Shown here: positions 1-9,138 of the stretch, piece after piece
Layout of the letters: each line of letters starts with the position of its first letter
Numbering within the stretch: the stretch's first letter is position 1
IMG/VR virus record: IMGVR_UViG_3300020452_000254
Location: 1-64,000 of that record
Length of the DNA stretch: 64,000 nt
Source of the DNA: a virus
Strand: one strand, 5' to 3'
The notes under the pieces: model-generated
The model's input: the letters and a program-made list of their open reading frames with translations, nothing else
What the model was told of the DNA's origin: nothing
The model's database searches: none
Position numbers and translations under genes: made by a program

Positions 1-70
1 GTAGACATTTTGAGATGTAAGTTTTTCCACTGCCAGGCAGTCCCATAATTAAAATTGTTTTTGTTTTCAT
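1..70 (-). CDS. P-loop kinase (adenylylsulfate-kinase-like), N-terminus only; runs off the window
   Basis: Manual translation from ATG at 70: MKTKTILIMGLPGSGKTYISKCL, a hydrophobic strand plus Walker A GLPGSGKT. Confidence 0.7.
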   Translation of the reverse strand, partial: MKTKTILIMGLPGSGKTYISKCL

Positions 71-78
71 ACTATTAT

Positions 79-894
79 TTATTGTTCATCCCAAAGAGAT
101 GTTTCATCACCACGAACCACCATACTAGTTCTAAAAGGAAATTTGTTTTCTTTTGTATACTCTGCACTAGGGCCTGGATGTCTATGAGTTATTGCACCAT
201 TCATAATAACTAATCTGTTTGGTTTATATTGAATCCTTCCTATTTCATAATCGTCAGCATCTTCTGGAATACCATGATATGCATGGTCATGATATTCACT
301 ATTGTACATAATTAAATCACCACCCCAATCATCATCCCATCTTTCTTGGTCATAATATAGGAATGTTAAATTAGTTAAACAACTTTCATCTAGTCCTGTA
401 TCTTCATGTACTGTTCCATCTTGTCCTATTGTTTGTCCATTGAATCCACAATACTGGAAATAATCCCAATTAAATCTAAAGTCTTGTCTTAATTTATGGA
501 TAAACCAATCGACCATAGGAACTCTGTATCCTACATCATTAGTTCTTAAAACATTCTCTTTCCATTTTGCTTGATTGTTCCATCTAGGACTATTTTGATT
601 AGAGTATTCATAGTGTCTATCATGTCTTTGAAGTTGCCATCCTCTTTCAGTTCTGTTATAATATATTGATTCACCCCAGTAAAGATGTTGCATTTCACCA
701 TCACGAATTACTCTATTACTTCTACCCCACTTTACAGAAGACTCTCTCCATTTTCTCCAACTATACCATATTGAAGGCGTAAGATAATTATCTATTACCC
801 AACATTTTTGAAATGGTAATTTGTCTATAGGTTGTGGTTTTTGCAGATAATCGATTTGTAAAGGATGCATTAACCATTCGTAATGGTTTGACAC
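79..894 (-). CDS. 2OG-Fe(II) oxygenase (prolyl-hydroxylase-like)
   Basis: HxD (VHED), WDDDWGGDL, distal His (ITHRH) and R-x-S (FRTS) motifs. Confidence 0.8.
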   Translation of the reverse strand: MSNHYEWLMHPLQIDYLQKPQPIDKLPFQKCWVIDNYLTPSIWYSWRKWRESSVKWGRSNRVIRDGEMQHLYWGESIYYNRTERGWQLQRHDRHYEYSNQNSPRWNNQAKWKENVLRTNDVGYRVPMVDWFIHKLRQDFRFNWDYFQYCGFNGQTIGQDGTVHEDTGLDESCLTNLTFLYYDQERWDDDWGGDLIMYNSEYHDHAYHGIPEDADDYEIGRIQYKPNRLVIMNGAITHRHPGPSAEYTKENKFPFRTSMVVRGDETSLWDEQ

Positions 895-1529
895 TAAACT
901 GCCCTCTTATCCTCACCTAAATCATCTTGTCCACCCACTATGTCTAGGGTGTCTGTTTTTTCAAACCTATCATCTGACCAATGTGTTTCTTGAAAAGTTT
1001 CTTCATGTGGAACTTCTGGTATAGTATCAGCATAATGTGAAAAGTCTTTTAAATCTTCATCTAATGTTGAATTAATTTCTTCACATATTCTATATGTAGT
1101 ACCTATAAGGAAGTCATACCAATCTAAAAATCTTCTTGCAATCTGTCTTCGTGGGTCATTTGAACCCTCTCTGCCTGCAATCATTATTTCAGTTACATTT
1201 TCAAATTCAAAAAATCCAAGTTGACTCATACATTGTTTTTGTTTTTCTCTAACATTTGTTTGTAAGTCTTCAATGTATTGTTTCGACATTGTAAGTTCAA
1301 GTGGTGGTTCACAAAGTTTGATATATTCTTCAATCTCTGCACATGCTTCTGGATTTAAAGGCTCACTTTCACCATTGAGTTCAAACTCATACATGTCATC
1401 TACTGGGACAAAGAAAAGGTGGTCGTAATCAAAACCAAATTGTGGTTTATCGGTTTTATCATAATTCCAACGAAGTCCTTTTTCGTTAGTTATATGTAAA
1501 ACATTGTCGTGGTCATAAACTAATAACAT
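894..1529 (-). CDS. hypothetical protein, possibly a tail-fibre assembly chaperone
   Basis: 211-aa acidic ORF directly after the fibre-tip gene; helical C-half (ARRFLDWYD) loosely resembles fibre-assembly proteins. Confidence 0.4.
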   Translation of the reverse strand: MLLVYDHDNVLHITNEKGLRWNYDKTDKPQFGFDYDHLFFVPVDDMYEFELNGESEPLNPEACAEIEEYIKLCEPPLELTMSKQYIEDLQTNVREKQKQCMSQLGFFEFENVTEIMIAGREGSNDPRRQIARRFLDWYDFLIGTTYRICEEINSTLDEDLKDFSHYADTIPEVPHEETFQETHWSDDRFEKTDTLDIVGGQDDLGEDKRAV

Positions 1530-1568
1530 AATAAAATCTCCATAATATAGTAGTATATAGGTCTGGTT

Positions 1569-3239
1569 TTAAGGCCAGGGTTTGTTCAAATCACCATCCC
1601 ATGTAGAGACTGGTCTAGTCGAAGGTCGAGTAGAAGGTCTAGTACTTGGTCTAGTTGATGGTCTCGTTGATGGACGAGTCAAAGTCACCTCATAAGAAGT
1701 AGGTCTAGATATAGTCTGTTCAAAGTTAGCAGGTCTATTAATAGTCACCTCATAAGAAGTTGGTCTAGGTATAGTTACCTCATATGTTGTAGGTCTATTA
1801 ATTGTCTGTTCAAAGTTAGCAGGTCTATTAATTGTCTGTTCAAAGTTAGCAGGTCTGTTAATAGTGACCTCATAACTTGTAGGTCTAGGTGTCTGATAAT
1901 TAGTTGGTCTAGGTATAGTTACCTCATAGTTAGCAGGTCTATTAATTGTCTGTTCATATGAACCAGGCCTTGGTATAGTCTGTTCATATGTTGGTGGTCT
2001 ATAGTTCTGAGTTTGATAATACTGAGGTCTATAACCAGTTGACTGTGTTTGATAATATTGTGGTCTATAACCTGTACCTTGTGTCTGGAAATATTGAGGT
2101 CTATATCCAGTAGTTTGATAATTAGTAGGTCTAGGTATACTCACCTCATAAGAAGTTGGTCTAGGTATAGTTACCTCGTATGTTGGTGGTCTATAGTTCT
2201 GAGTCTGGAAGTACTGTGGTCTATATCCAGTTGTTTGGAAATACTGTGGTCTACTTCCAGTTGTCTGATAATAATTAGGTAAATTACCCCATGGCCCATT
2301 TGGATTATAAATTGGGTTGAAACTAGTAGGTGTATTTGCTAACTGAGCAGATGGTACTTGAGAATACCCAGCACCATATCCAAACTTAGGATGTCCACCT
2401 TGATATGACTGTACTTGATATGCACCAGGCCTATAATTCTGTATCTGATATGTTGGTGGTCTATAGTTTTGTATCTGATATGAAGGTGGTCTATAGTTTT
2501 GTGTTTGATAATATTGTGGTCTAGGTATAGTTTGTTCATAACTAGCAGGTCTAGGTATAGTTTGTTCATAACTAGAGGGTCTAGAATTCTGTATCTGGTA
2601 TGAAGGTGGTCTATAATTCTGTATCTGATAATTATAACTTGGTGGTCTATAGTTTTGAGCTTGGAAATTATAACTTGGTGGTCTATAGTTCTGTGTTTGG
2701 AAATACTGTGGTCTACCTATAGTTACCTCATATGAAGTAGGTCTATTAATAGTCACCTCATAAGAAGTTGGTCTAGGTATAGTTTGTTCATAGTTAGCAG
2801 GTCTACTATTTTGCAACTGTGCTGGTCTTGGTATTGTTTGTTCATAAGTTGTAGGTCTAGGTATAGTTACCTCATATGTTGTAGGTCTAGGTATAGTTAC
2901 TTCATAACTAGAAGGTCTGTTAATTGTTTGTTCAAAGTTAGCAGGTCTATTAATTGTCTGTTCATATGAAGTAGGTCTAGGTATAGTTACTTCATAACTA
3001 GAAGGTCTGTTAATAGTAGACTCATATGGTTGCTGAAAAGGTTGTTGGAAAGGTTGCTGAAAAGGTTGTTGGAAACTTTGCTGAAAAGGTTGTTGAACCT
3101 GTATAGTCCCTGTTTGAAATTCCCATCCTGTAGGAGTTTTCCTTTTTACATCAACTACTTTTTTCCAGCCAGAAGGAGTCTTGACTCTCCATCCTGTAGT
3201 CTCTTTCCATCCGCCTGGAGTTTTTACTTTTGAACTCAT
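1569..3239 (-). CDS. mirror-repeat Pro/Arg/Tyr/Thr-rich fibre protein (putative fibre tip or adhesin)
   Basis: N-terminal 3x KTPxGW, (QQPF)6, 20 RP-ended repeats, 50-aa unique centre, 20 RP-ended repeats, (STRP)5. Confidence 0.75.
   Translation of the reverse strand: MSSKVKTPGGWKETTGWRVKTPSGWKKVVDVKRKTPTGWEFQTGTIQVQQPFQQSFQQPFQQPFQQPFQQPYESTINRPSSYEVTIPRPTSYEQTINRPANFEQTINRPSSYEVTIPRPTTYEVTIPRPTTYEQTIPRPAQLQNSRPANYEQTIPRPTSYEVTINRPTSYEVTIGRPQYFQTQNYRPPSYNFQAQNYRPPSYNYQIQNYRPPSYQIQNSRPSSYEQTIPRPASYEQTIPRPQYYQTQNYRPPSYQIQNYRPPTYQIQNYRPGAYQVQSYQGGHPKFGYGAGYSQVPSAQLANTPTSFNPIYNPNGPWGNLPNYYQTTGSRPQYFQTTGYRPQYFQTQNYRPPTYEVTIPRPTSYEVSIPRPTNYQTTGYRPQYFQTQGTGYRPQYYQTQSTGYRPQYYQTQNYRPPTYEQTIPRPGSYEQTINRPANYEVTIPRPTNYQTPRPTSYEVTINRPANFEQTINRPANFEQTINRPTTYEVTIPRPTSYEVTINRPANFEQTISRPTSYEVTLTRPSTRPSTRPSTRPSTRPSTRPVSTWDGDLNKPWP
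1610..3095 (-). repeat. coding tandem repeat arrays (30-bp units with 24- and 36-bp variants; 12-bp units at both ends)
   Basis: Recurrent ggtctaggtatagt / ggtctattaat units on the + strand; repeats evident in the translation. Confidence 0.9.
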
Positions 3240-3271
3240 TAATCAATTTCCTCATTCATTATATATGGTTA

Positions 3272-6200
3272 CTATGAGTATGTTATCCAGATATCACCTA
3301 CTGCTCCATCTGAACCACCTGGCCCTGCACTATGTATAAATGTATTTCTGAATGCTTTTGCACTAGCACCTATTGTTGTATAACTTGTTGTTGCAGCTCC
3401 TGTAACACCCAATGTTCCACCCACTGTTTGGTTACCACTAACTGCTAATCCTGTTAAAGTACCAACACTTGTAATTGCAGTCTGAGCTGCACCTGTTACT
3501 GTGGCTGCAGTTCCAGAAGTGTTTCCTGTGACATTACCTTGTAAGTTTGCAATTAAAGTACCTGTACTTATTGTTAAATTACCACTAGAGGCTCCAGTTG
3601 CACTTGTTGTTCCCATAACAAACTTATCTGCACTTTCATCCCAACCCATAAATGCATTTGAAGAACTTCCTCTTTCGATAATGATACCAGAATCACCAGA
3701 AGGTGAACCAGAATTACCTGTTCCAAGTTCTATAAGTTGGTCTTCAATTGTTGTGTTTGTTGAACTGTTTGTTACAGATGAACCATTAACTGTTAAATTA
3801 CCAGAAATTACAACATTACCACTTGCAGTAACATCTGTTGCAGCTATATCTGCAAAAGTTACATCTGAGGTTGTTGATACTGCCTGTCCAATACTAATTG
3901 CAGGCTCCCATCCTTCACCAGCACTACCACTTACAGTAACACCAGTTCCACCAGTAACATTGTCAACATAGTTTCCAGATGTTCCAGAACCTAATGCAAC
4001 TGTACCTACTGTTAGGTCAATTGTGTTGTCTGAATCTTGATATGTTACAGTGATACCACTTTCAGTGTTTGAACTGAACATTGCACCCACTTGGTCTGAT
4101 ACTGCTTCTGCAAAGTCTGATACTTGTGATGCAGGCATACTAATGTCTACACTAGATGCACTTGTTACTCTACCTTTTGCATCTACTGCTACTTGAGCAA
4201 CACTATTTGCATCACCATAAGTTGCAGCCGATACACCAGAGTTTGCAAGTGTAATTGGTAATGCAACATTACCTGTTCCATCAAATGATTGTGATGAGTC
4301 TGTAGTTGCATCTCCACTTACTGTAAAGTTTCTTGAAGTTGCAAGTGCAGTTGCAGTTGCAGAGTTTCCTGTTGAACTTCCAGCACTACCACTTACATTA
4401 CCTGTAATGTTTGCAACTAGATTTGCAACACCATATCCACTTCCAGAGGTGTTTACTGTTGTTGAAGGTTGTACTGTTGTATCTGTAAATAATCTAAATG
4501 TGTTATCTGTTGATGCATCAAAGAATATACCAGCATATTTTGTTGTTGATGATTCTACATACTTACCATAGAAACCAAAGTCTGTTGCATTTCCTGTATT
4601 TGCATTTGATAAACCTGTAAAGTTTGAATCTGAAACTGTAGCACCTGTTTGTGTTGTTGTACCAGAAACTACTAAGTTACCACTAACTGTTAAATCGTTT
4701 GATACTGTTACATCACTTGGTAATCCATATGTAATTGTTCCAGAACTTTCTGATACATCTACTTCGTTTGATGTTCCAGCAAAAGTTAAAGTACCACCTA
4801 GTGATACTGGACTTGTATTTGAACCATCTGAAACTGTTATACTTGAATTTGAAAGTTTTGCATTTGCAATTGAACCTGCTAACATACTGTTCTCTACAGA
4901 TGTTGCAGCTATTGTTGCAGTTAAGGTTGCACTTGCACCATTTGTTATTGTTGCACTACCAGATAAATCACCACCAAGAGTAATTGTATGGTCTGCAATA
5001 TCAAAGTCTAAAGTACCATCTGAATCGTCATAAGTAACTGCTATACCACTTTCTGTGTTAGATGTTACCATTGCACCAACTACATCTTCAACTGCTTCTG
5101 TGAAGTCTGATACTATTGTAGATGCACTACCACTTACTGTAAGGTCGATAGTTCCATCACCATCTTGATACGATGCACTGATTCCTGTTTCAGTATTACC
5201 ACTAAACATTGCACCAACTATGTCTTGTACATTTTCAGATATTAATGCAAGGTCGATTGCACCATCACCAGCATCATCATATGTTGCAGTTATACCAGTA
5301 TGTGAACCATTTGTTGCAAGTTGAGCTCCTGTTACATCTTGAACTCTTTCTGTTGTATGATATTGATTTGACCCTTCGGATAAGTCTCCTGTATCAAATG
5401 GTGAAAGACTTACTACAAGGTCTACTGTTCCATCTGCATCTTGATAAGTTGCAGTAATTCCTGTCTCAGTATTACCTGTAAACATTGCACCAGCAATGTC
5501 TTGTATATTTTCGTCTATTAATGCAAGGTCAATAGTTCCATCTGAATCTTGATATGTTGCAGTAATACCTGTTTCAGTATTACTTGAGAACATTGCACCA
5601 GCAAGGTCTTGTATTCTTTCTGCATTTACTGTAACATCACCACTTGAAACTGTAAAATCTGTTCCATCGAATGTTGCTACACCAGCATTTGTTTCTGTTG
5701 CAAGTTCAGCTGATAGAGTTGCAGTTGAACCTTCGCCTGGAGTATGAGATACATTTAATCCCTCTCCTACTGAAATGTCTGTTAAATAATTACCAGTTGT
5801 GTCTGTTCCTAATGCAACTGAGTCAGCTTGAATTGTTGTACTAAGTGATATGTTTCCAGTTCCATCAAAAGATGCAGAACCAACTACATCTCCAGCTACT
5901 GCAATAGTTCTTGCAGTTTGAAGTGCAGAAGCTGTAGATGCATTACCTACTAATGCACCTTGAACATTTGATATTAAGGTACTTGTTGCATGTCCTGTTC
6001 CACTAGTATTTACTGTGGTTGTAGGTTCTGACTGGTTACCATGAAACAATCTAAACTTATCTGATTCAGATGCATCCCATAATAGTCCTGCGTATTTTGT
6101 AGTTGAACCTTCAACATATTGACCATATAAACCAAAGTCGGTTGCATTTGCAGCGTTATCTTTTGATACTTTAACTGCACCATCTGTTACTTGTAAAGTA

Positions 6201-7333
6201 GAAGATGACACTGTAGTTGTACTTCCTTGTACTGTAAGGTTTCCAGATAGTGTTAAGTTAGTTGCACCAATATCTCCTGTGACTGTTAAGTCATCTCCTA
6301 TTGTTACATCATCTGGTAATGAAATTGTTACATCTGCTGTTTCTGAACCAGAACCAGAGACAGTAATCTCGTTTGCAGTTCCAGTTATTGATTGTACATA
6401 GTTCCCTGTTGTGTCTGTTCCTAATGCAACACTGTTAGCTGCAATTGTAGCTGCAATAGATGTGTTTCCTAGATTGGTCATCGTTGCAGAACCAGTTACA
6501 TCTCCAGTTAAAGAAATGGTAGGGTCATTCACATTGAAGTCTAGAGTACCATCTGAGTCCTCATAAGTGACTGCTATACCACTTTCTGTGTTAGATGATA
6601 CCATTGCACCAACTACATCTTGAACTCTCTCTGAGGTGTGATATAGGTTTGTTGAACCTTCTGCTAAATGGTCTGTACTTGGGTTTTCACCTATGTGAAC
6701 ATTTCCACCCATTCCACTGTGGTTTGCACAATAGTAGTAATGTGGATTCATTGCATCTTGTTCGAAACATACTTCTACATATGCACCAGCATTACCTGCT
6801 GTTCCTACTTTATTATAGATAGTTGTTCCAGCAGATATTTCTGAACCACCACCATGTGTACCATCGGATGTTGTTGAGAATCTTAAAGGATGTGATGAGT
6901 TACTACCAGCTGATTGGTCAAACCTATAAACAACATTGGGAGAAAGTTTTGCTGTTTGTTGTGAACCACCATCTAATAAGAACTTACCAGCACTTACTGT
7001 AACTACAACTTTATGGTAGTATGGTGCAGATGTGTTGTTAAGTTGTTGTTCTACTGCAAGGTCGATAGTTCCATCACCATCTTCGTAACCTACAGTTATG
7101 TTAGTTTCAGTGTTAGAACTAAACATAGCTCCCACTGTATCTTGTATAAATTCTGCTCCTACTGTTGCACTGAATGTACCACTTCCATCATTATATGAAA
7201 ATGATATACCTGTATGTGAACCAGCAGCGAACAGACTTGAAATCTGGTCTTGTATCGCTTCAATTGCACCAGTGGAATCTAGTTCTCCAGATGCATTTAA
7301 AAGGTCTGCAAGATATCTTGCTTTAGTTGGCAT
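3272..7333 (-). CDS. long tail fibre protein
   Basis: 1353 aa, G/S/T-rich; repeated ERxQDxVGAMFSSNTExGIxxTYxDxDGTIDL and SVALGTDTTGNY modules; ends GAVGDIWITYS. Confidence 0.8.
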   Translation of the reverse strand: MPTKARYLADLLNASGELDSTGAIEAIQDQISSLFAAGSHTGISFSYNDGSGTFSATVGAEFIQDTVGAMFSSNTETNITVGYEDGDGTIDLAVEQQLNNTSAPYYHKVVVTVSAGKFLLDGGSQQTAKLSPNVVYRFDQSAGSNSSHPLRFSTTSDGTHGGGSEISAGTTIYNKVGTAGNAGAYVEVCFEQDAMNPHYYYCANHSGMGGNVHIGENPSTDHLAEGSTNLYHTSERVQDVVGAMVSSNTESGIAVTYEDSDGTLDFNVNDPTISLTGDVTGSATMTNLGNTSIAATIAANSVALGTDTTGNYVQSITGTANEITVSGSGSETADVTISLPDDVTIGDDLTVTGDIGATNLTLSGNLTVQGSTTTVSSSTLQVTDGAVKVSKDNAANATDFGLYGQYVEGSTTKYAGLLWDASESDKFRLFHGNQSEPTTTVNTSGTGHATSTLISNVQGALVGNASTASALQTARTIAVAGDVVGSASFDGTGNISLSTTIQADSVALGTDTTGNYLTDISVGEGLNVSHTPGEGSTATLSAELATETNAGVATFDGTDFTVSSGDVTVNAERIQDLAGAMFSSNTETGITATYQDSDGTIDLALIDENIQDIAGAMFTGNTETGITATYQDADGTVDLVVSLSPFDTGDLSEGSNQYHTTERVQDVTGAQLATNGSHTGITATYDDAGDGAIDLALISENVQDIVGAMFSGNTETGISASYQDGDGTIDLTVSGSASTIVSDFTEAVEDVVGAMVTSNTESGIAVTYDDSDGTLDFDIADHTITLGGDLSGSATITNGASATLTATIAATSVENSMLAGSIANAKLSNSSITVSDGSNTSPVSLGGTLTFAGTSNEVDVSESSGTITYGLPSDVTVSNDLTVSGNLVVSGTTTQTGATVSDSNFTGLSNANTGNATDFGFYGKYVESSTTKYAGIFFDASTDNTFRLFTDTTVQPSTTVNTSGSGYGVANLVANITGNVSGSAGSSTGNSATATALATSRNFTVSGDATTDSSQSFDGTGNVALPITLANSGVSAATYGDANSVAQVAVDAKGRVTSASSVDISMPASQVSDFAEAVSDQVGAMFSSNTESGITVTYQDSDNTIDLTVGTVALGSGTSGNYVDNVTGGTGVTVSGSAGEGWEPAISIGQAVSTTSDVTFADIAATDVTASGNVVISGNLTVNGSSVTNSSTNTTIEDQLIELGTGNSGSPSGDSGIIIERGSSSNAFMGWDESADKFVMGTTSATGASSGNLTISTGTLIANLQGNVTGNTSGTAATVTGAAQTAITSVGTLTGLAVSGNQTVGGTLGVTGAATTSYTTIGASAKAFRNTFIHSAGPGGSDGAVGDIWITYS

Positions 7334-7367
7334 TTTATAGTTTCTCCCTAATTAAATCCTTTATAGT

Positions 7368-7375
7368 TATTTATA
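7368..7375 (-). promoter_or_regulatory. T4-type late promoter TATAAATA
   Basis: Exact match 35 bp upstream of the fibre gene start. Confidence 0.75.
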
Positions 7376-8677
7376 TTATTCATCTATTTCAATGAAGTTT
7401 TCACCAGTGATTTCTTGTAATTTACGAATCATCTTTTCCATATTGACTTTAAATCTTTTTCCTGTTATACTATTCTCAGAGTAGTATACCCATTCTCCTT
7501 CGGTGTTATGTGGAGAGATTTGGGTAACATTACCTGCTTCATCTCTCACAAACAACTCTGCACTACTTGATACATCCTTTGAATATATGGATGCACGATT
7601 AGTGACTCCAGATGGGTCGGATGCAAGTACTTCTAAATGCACTGGCCCATCTTGAACATCTACATAAGTAGATGGTTTTAGTGTGACTGAATCAGTCCCA
7701 CTTGAAATTATTTCTTTTCCATTAGTATCTAACTGACCACCTAAAAAAGGAACTGTGTCTAAAAACAAATTAACTTCTGGTGTTGGATAACCATAATCGA
7801 TTATATCAACAACATAGTTTGGGTCGTTAAGTGCTTCACTAAAAGTTATTGTAGTTCCACTTCCAGAAGACCATTGTCCTTTTTTTACTAAGACACCATT
7901 CACAAATACTTGTGTATACTTGGGAATGACACTTAATGTATTTCCATTTGCATCTGAACCAGTTAAATTTGAAACTGGAGATGATGTTACATCGAATTGA
8001 AATCTTGAAAATGGTGCAGTACCAGAATACGATTTTATAACGACTGTATCATTTACTTGTAGACCAGCATTAAATGTTATAGTAGAAGTGTTTGTTTCTA
8101 CATAATCTTTACCAGACCTATTGTCCATAAGAACACCATTTAGAAATACTAATACTTTACCAAGTGTATATGATAAAGTTACACTGTTTTCATCTGCACC
8201 ATTTAATACTGTTTGGTTTGCAGTTGCAGTGAATTCGTAATGTGTTATACCTGTAAATAAACCAGAAGTAACTTGAGTTTTCCATGCAATGACTTCAAGA
8301 TAATCGGATGACTTTGCACCATCATCTAGTACTATTGATGTTCCATTACTTGCAGTATAATCATCTGGGTCTAAAAATACCCCATTAAGAAATACAGCAA
8401 TACTTCCAGCAGTATACGATAAGGATTCAGAATTTGCATCTGTACCAGAAAATGTTGTTTGGTTTGCACTTGCATTAAATAAGTAATGCACCATATCAGA
8501 CATGTCTGAGGATACATCTGCACCCACTTCGACTACAGATTGTGTTCCACCTACACTTTTCTTTATGTATGCCTTACCATCATAGGTGTTGATTGCAAGT
8601 TCACCTAATTGTAAATCAGATGTACTTGGAATTGCACCAGCAGAAGCAGACCTTTTTAATTGGACTGTTTGTGTCAT
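7376..8677 (-). CDS. virion structural / fibre protein with Mtd-N-like N-terminal domain
   Basis: QLKRS...PSTSDLQLGELAINTYDGK start; three VFLNGV...DY repeats. Confidence 0.7.
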   Translation of the reverse strand: MTQTVQLKRSASAGAIPSTSDLQLGELAINTYDGKAYIKKSVGGTQSVVEVGADVSSDMSDMVHYLFNASANQTTFSGTDANSESLSYTAGSIAVFLNGVFLDPDDYTASNGTSIVLDDGAKSSDYLEVIAWKTQVTSGLFTGITHYEFTATANQTVLNGADENSVTLSYTLGKVLVFLNGVLMDNRSGKDYVETNTSTITFNAGLQVNDTVVIKSYSGTAPFSRFQFDVTSSPVSNLTGSDANGNTLSVIPKYTQVFVNGVLVKKGQWSSGSGTTITFSEALNDPNYVVDIIDYGYPTPEVNLFLDTVPFLGGQLDTNGKEIISSGTDSVTLKPSTYVDVQDGPVHLEVLASDPSGVTNRASIYSKDVSSSAELFVRDEAGNVTQISPHNTEGEWVYYSENSITGKRFKVNMEKMIRKLQEITGENFIEIDE

Positions 8678-8723
8678 ATGTCACTCACTATTTCATTAGG
8701 GTATATACCCTATATTTACTCTG

Positions 8724-9122
8724 TTATATAACAGATACTTTTTCTAAAACTGCACTCCATGTAGAAGTGTCTACAGTATATTTGATATTAATCTGGTCAT
8801 CTGCAAAACCAAGTCCCAAATAGTTTAAAACATCATTTGGAACATCTTTTATTGTTCTTTCAACTAAAGGAGATGTAGATTCCCACCATCCATTTGTTGG
8901 TGTAGAACCATCTACTTTAAATCCTAGTTGGATTTCTCTACCACCCTCAGAATTATCTAATTTGAGTTTAGCTTTAAAATTTCCACCATCACTAATAAAA
9001 ACCTTTGAATCAATAGGAATGTATAATGCATCCATAACCTCATTTGGGATTTGAATGTCTAACAACCTATCAATATGGGAAACTGATTTAGTATTTACTG
9101 TATTCCAGATTTTTCCATTCAT
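8724..9122 (-). CDS. hypothetical protein
   Basis: 132-aa ORF with a GAGG RBS, co-oriented in the structural operon. Confidence 0.6.
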   Translation of the reverse strand: MNGKIWNTVNTKSVSHIDRLLDIQIPNEVMDALYIPIDSKVFISDGGNFKAKLKLDNSEGGREIQLGFKVDGSTPTNGWWESTSPLVERTIKDVPNDVLNYLGLGFADDQINIKYTVDTSTWSAVLEKVSVI

Positions 9123-9138
9123 AATAAACTCCTAGTTA

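Noticed and set aside
1610-3095. CRISPR array or DNA inverted repeat
   Set aside because: Units are in-frame degenerate coding repeats without unique spacers; the symmetry is in the protein, not reverse-complement DNA; no cas genes
1569-3239. Multi-core RiPP precursor cut at RP sites and modified by the neighbouring oxygenase
   Set aside because: No protease or transporter is nearby, and the exact mirror register is unexplained by a precursor model but expected for a hairpin
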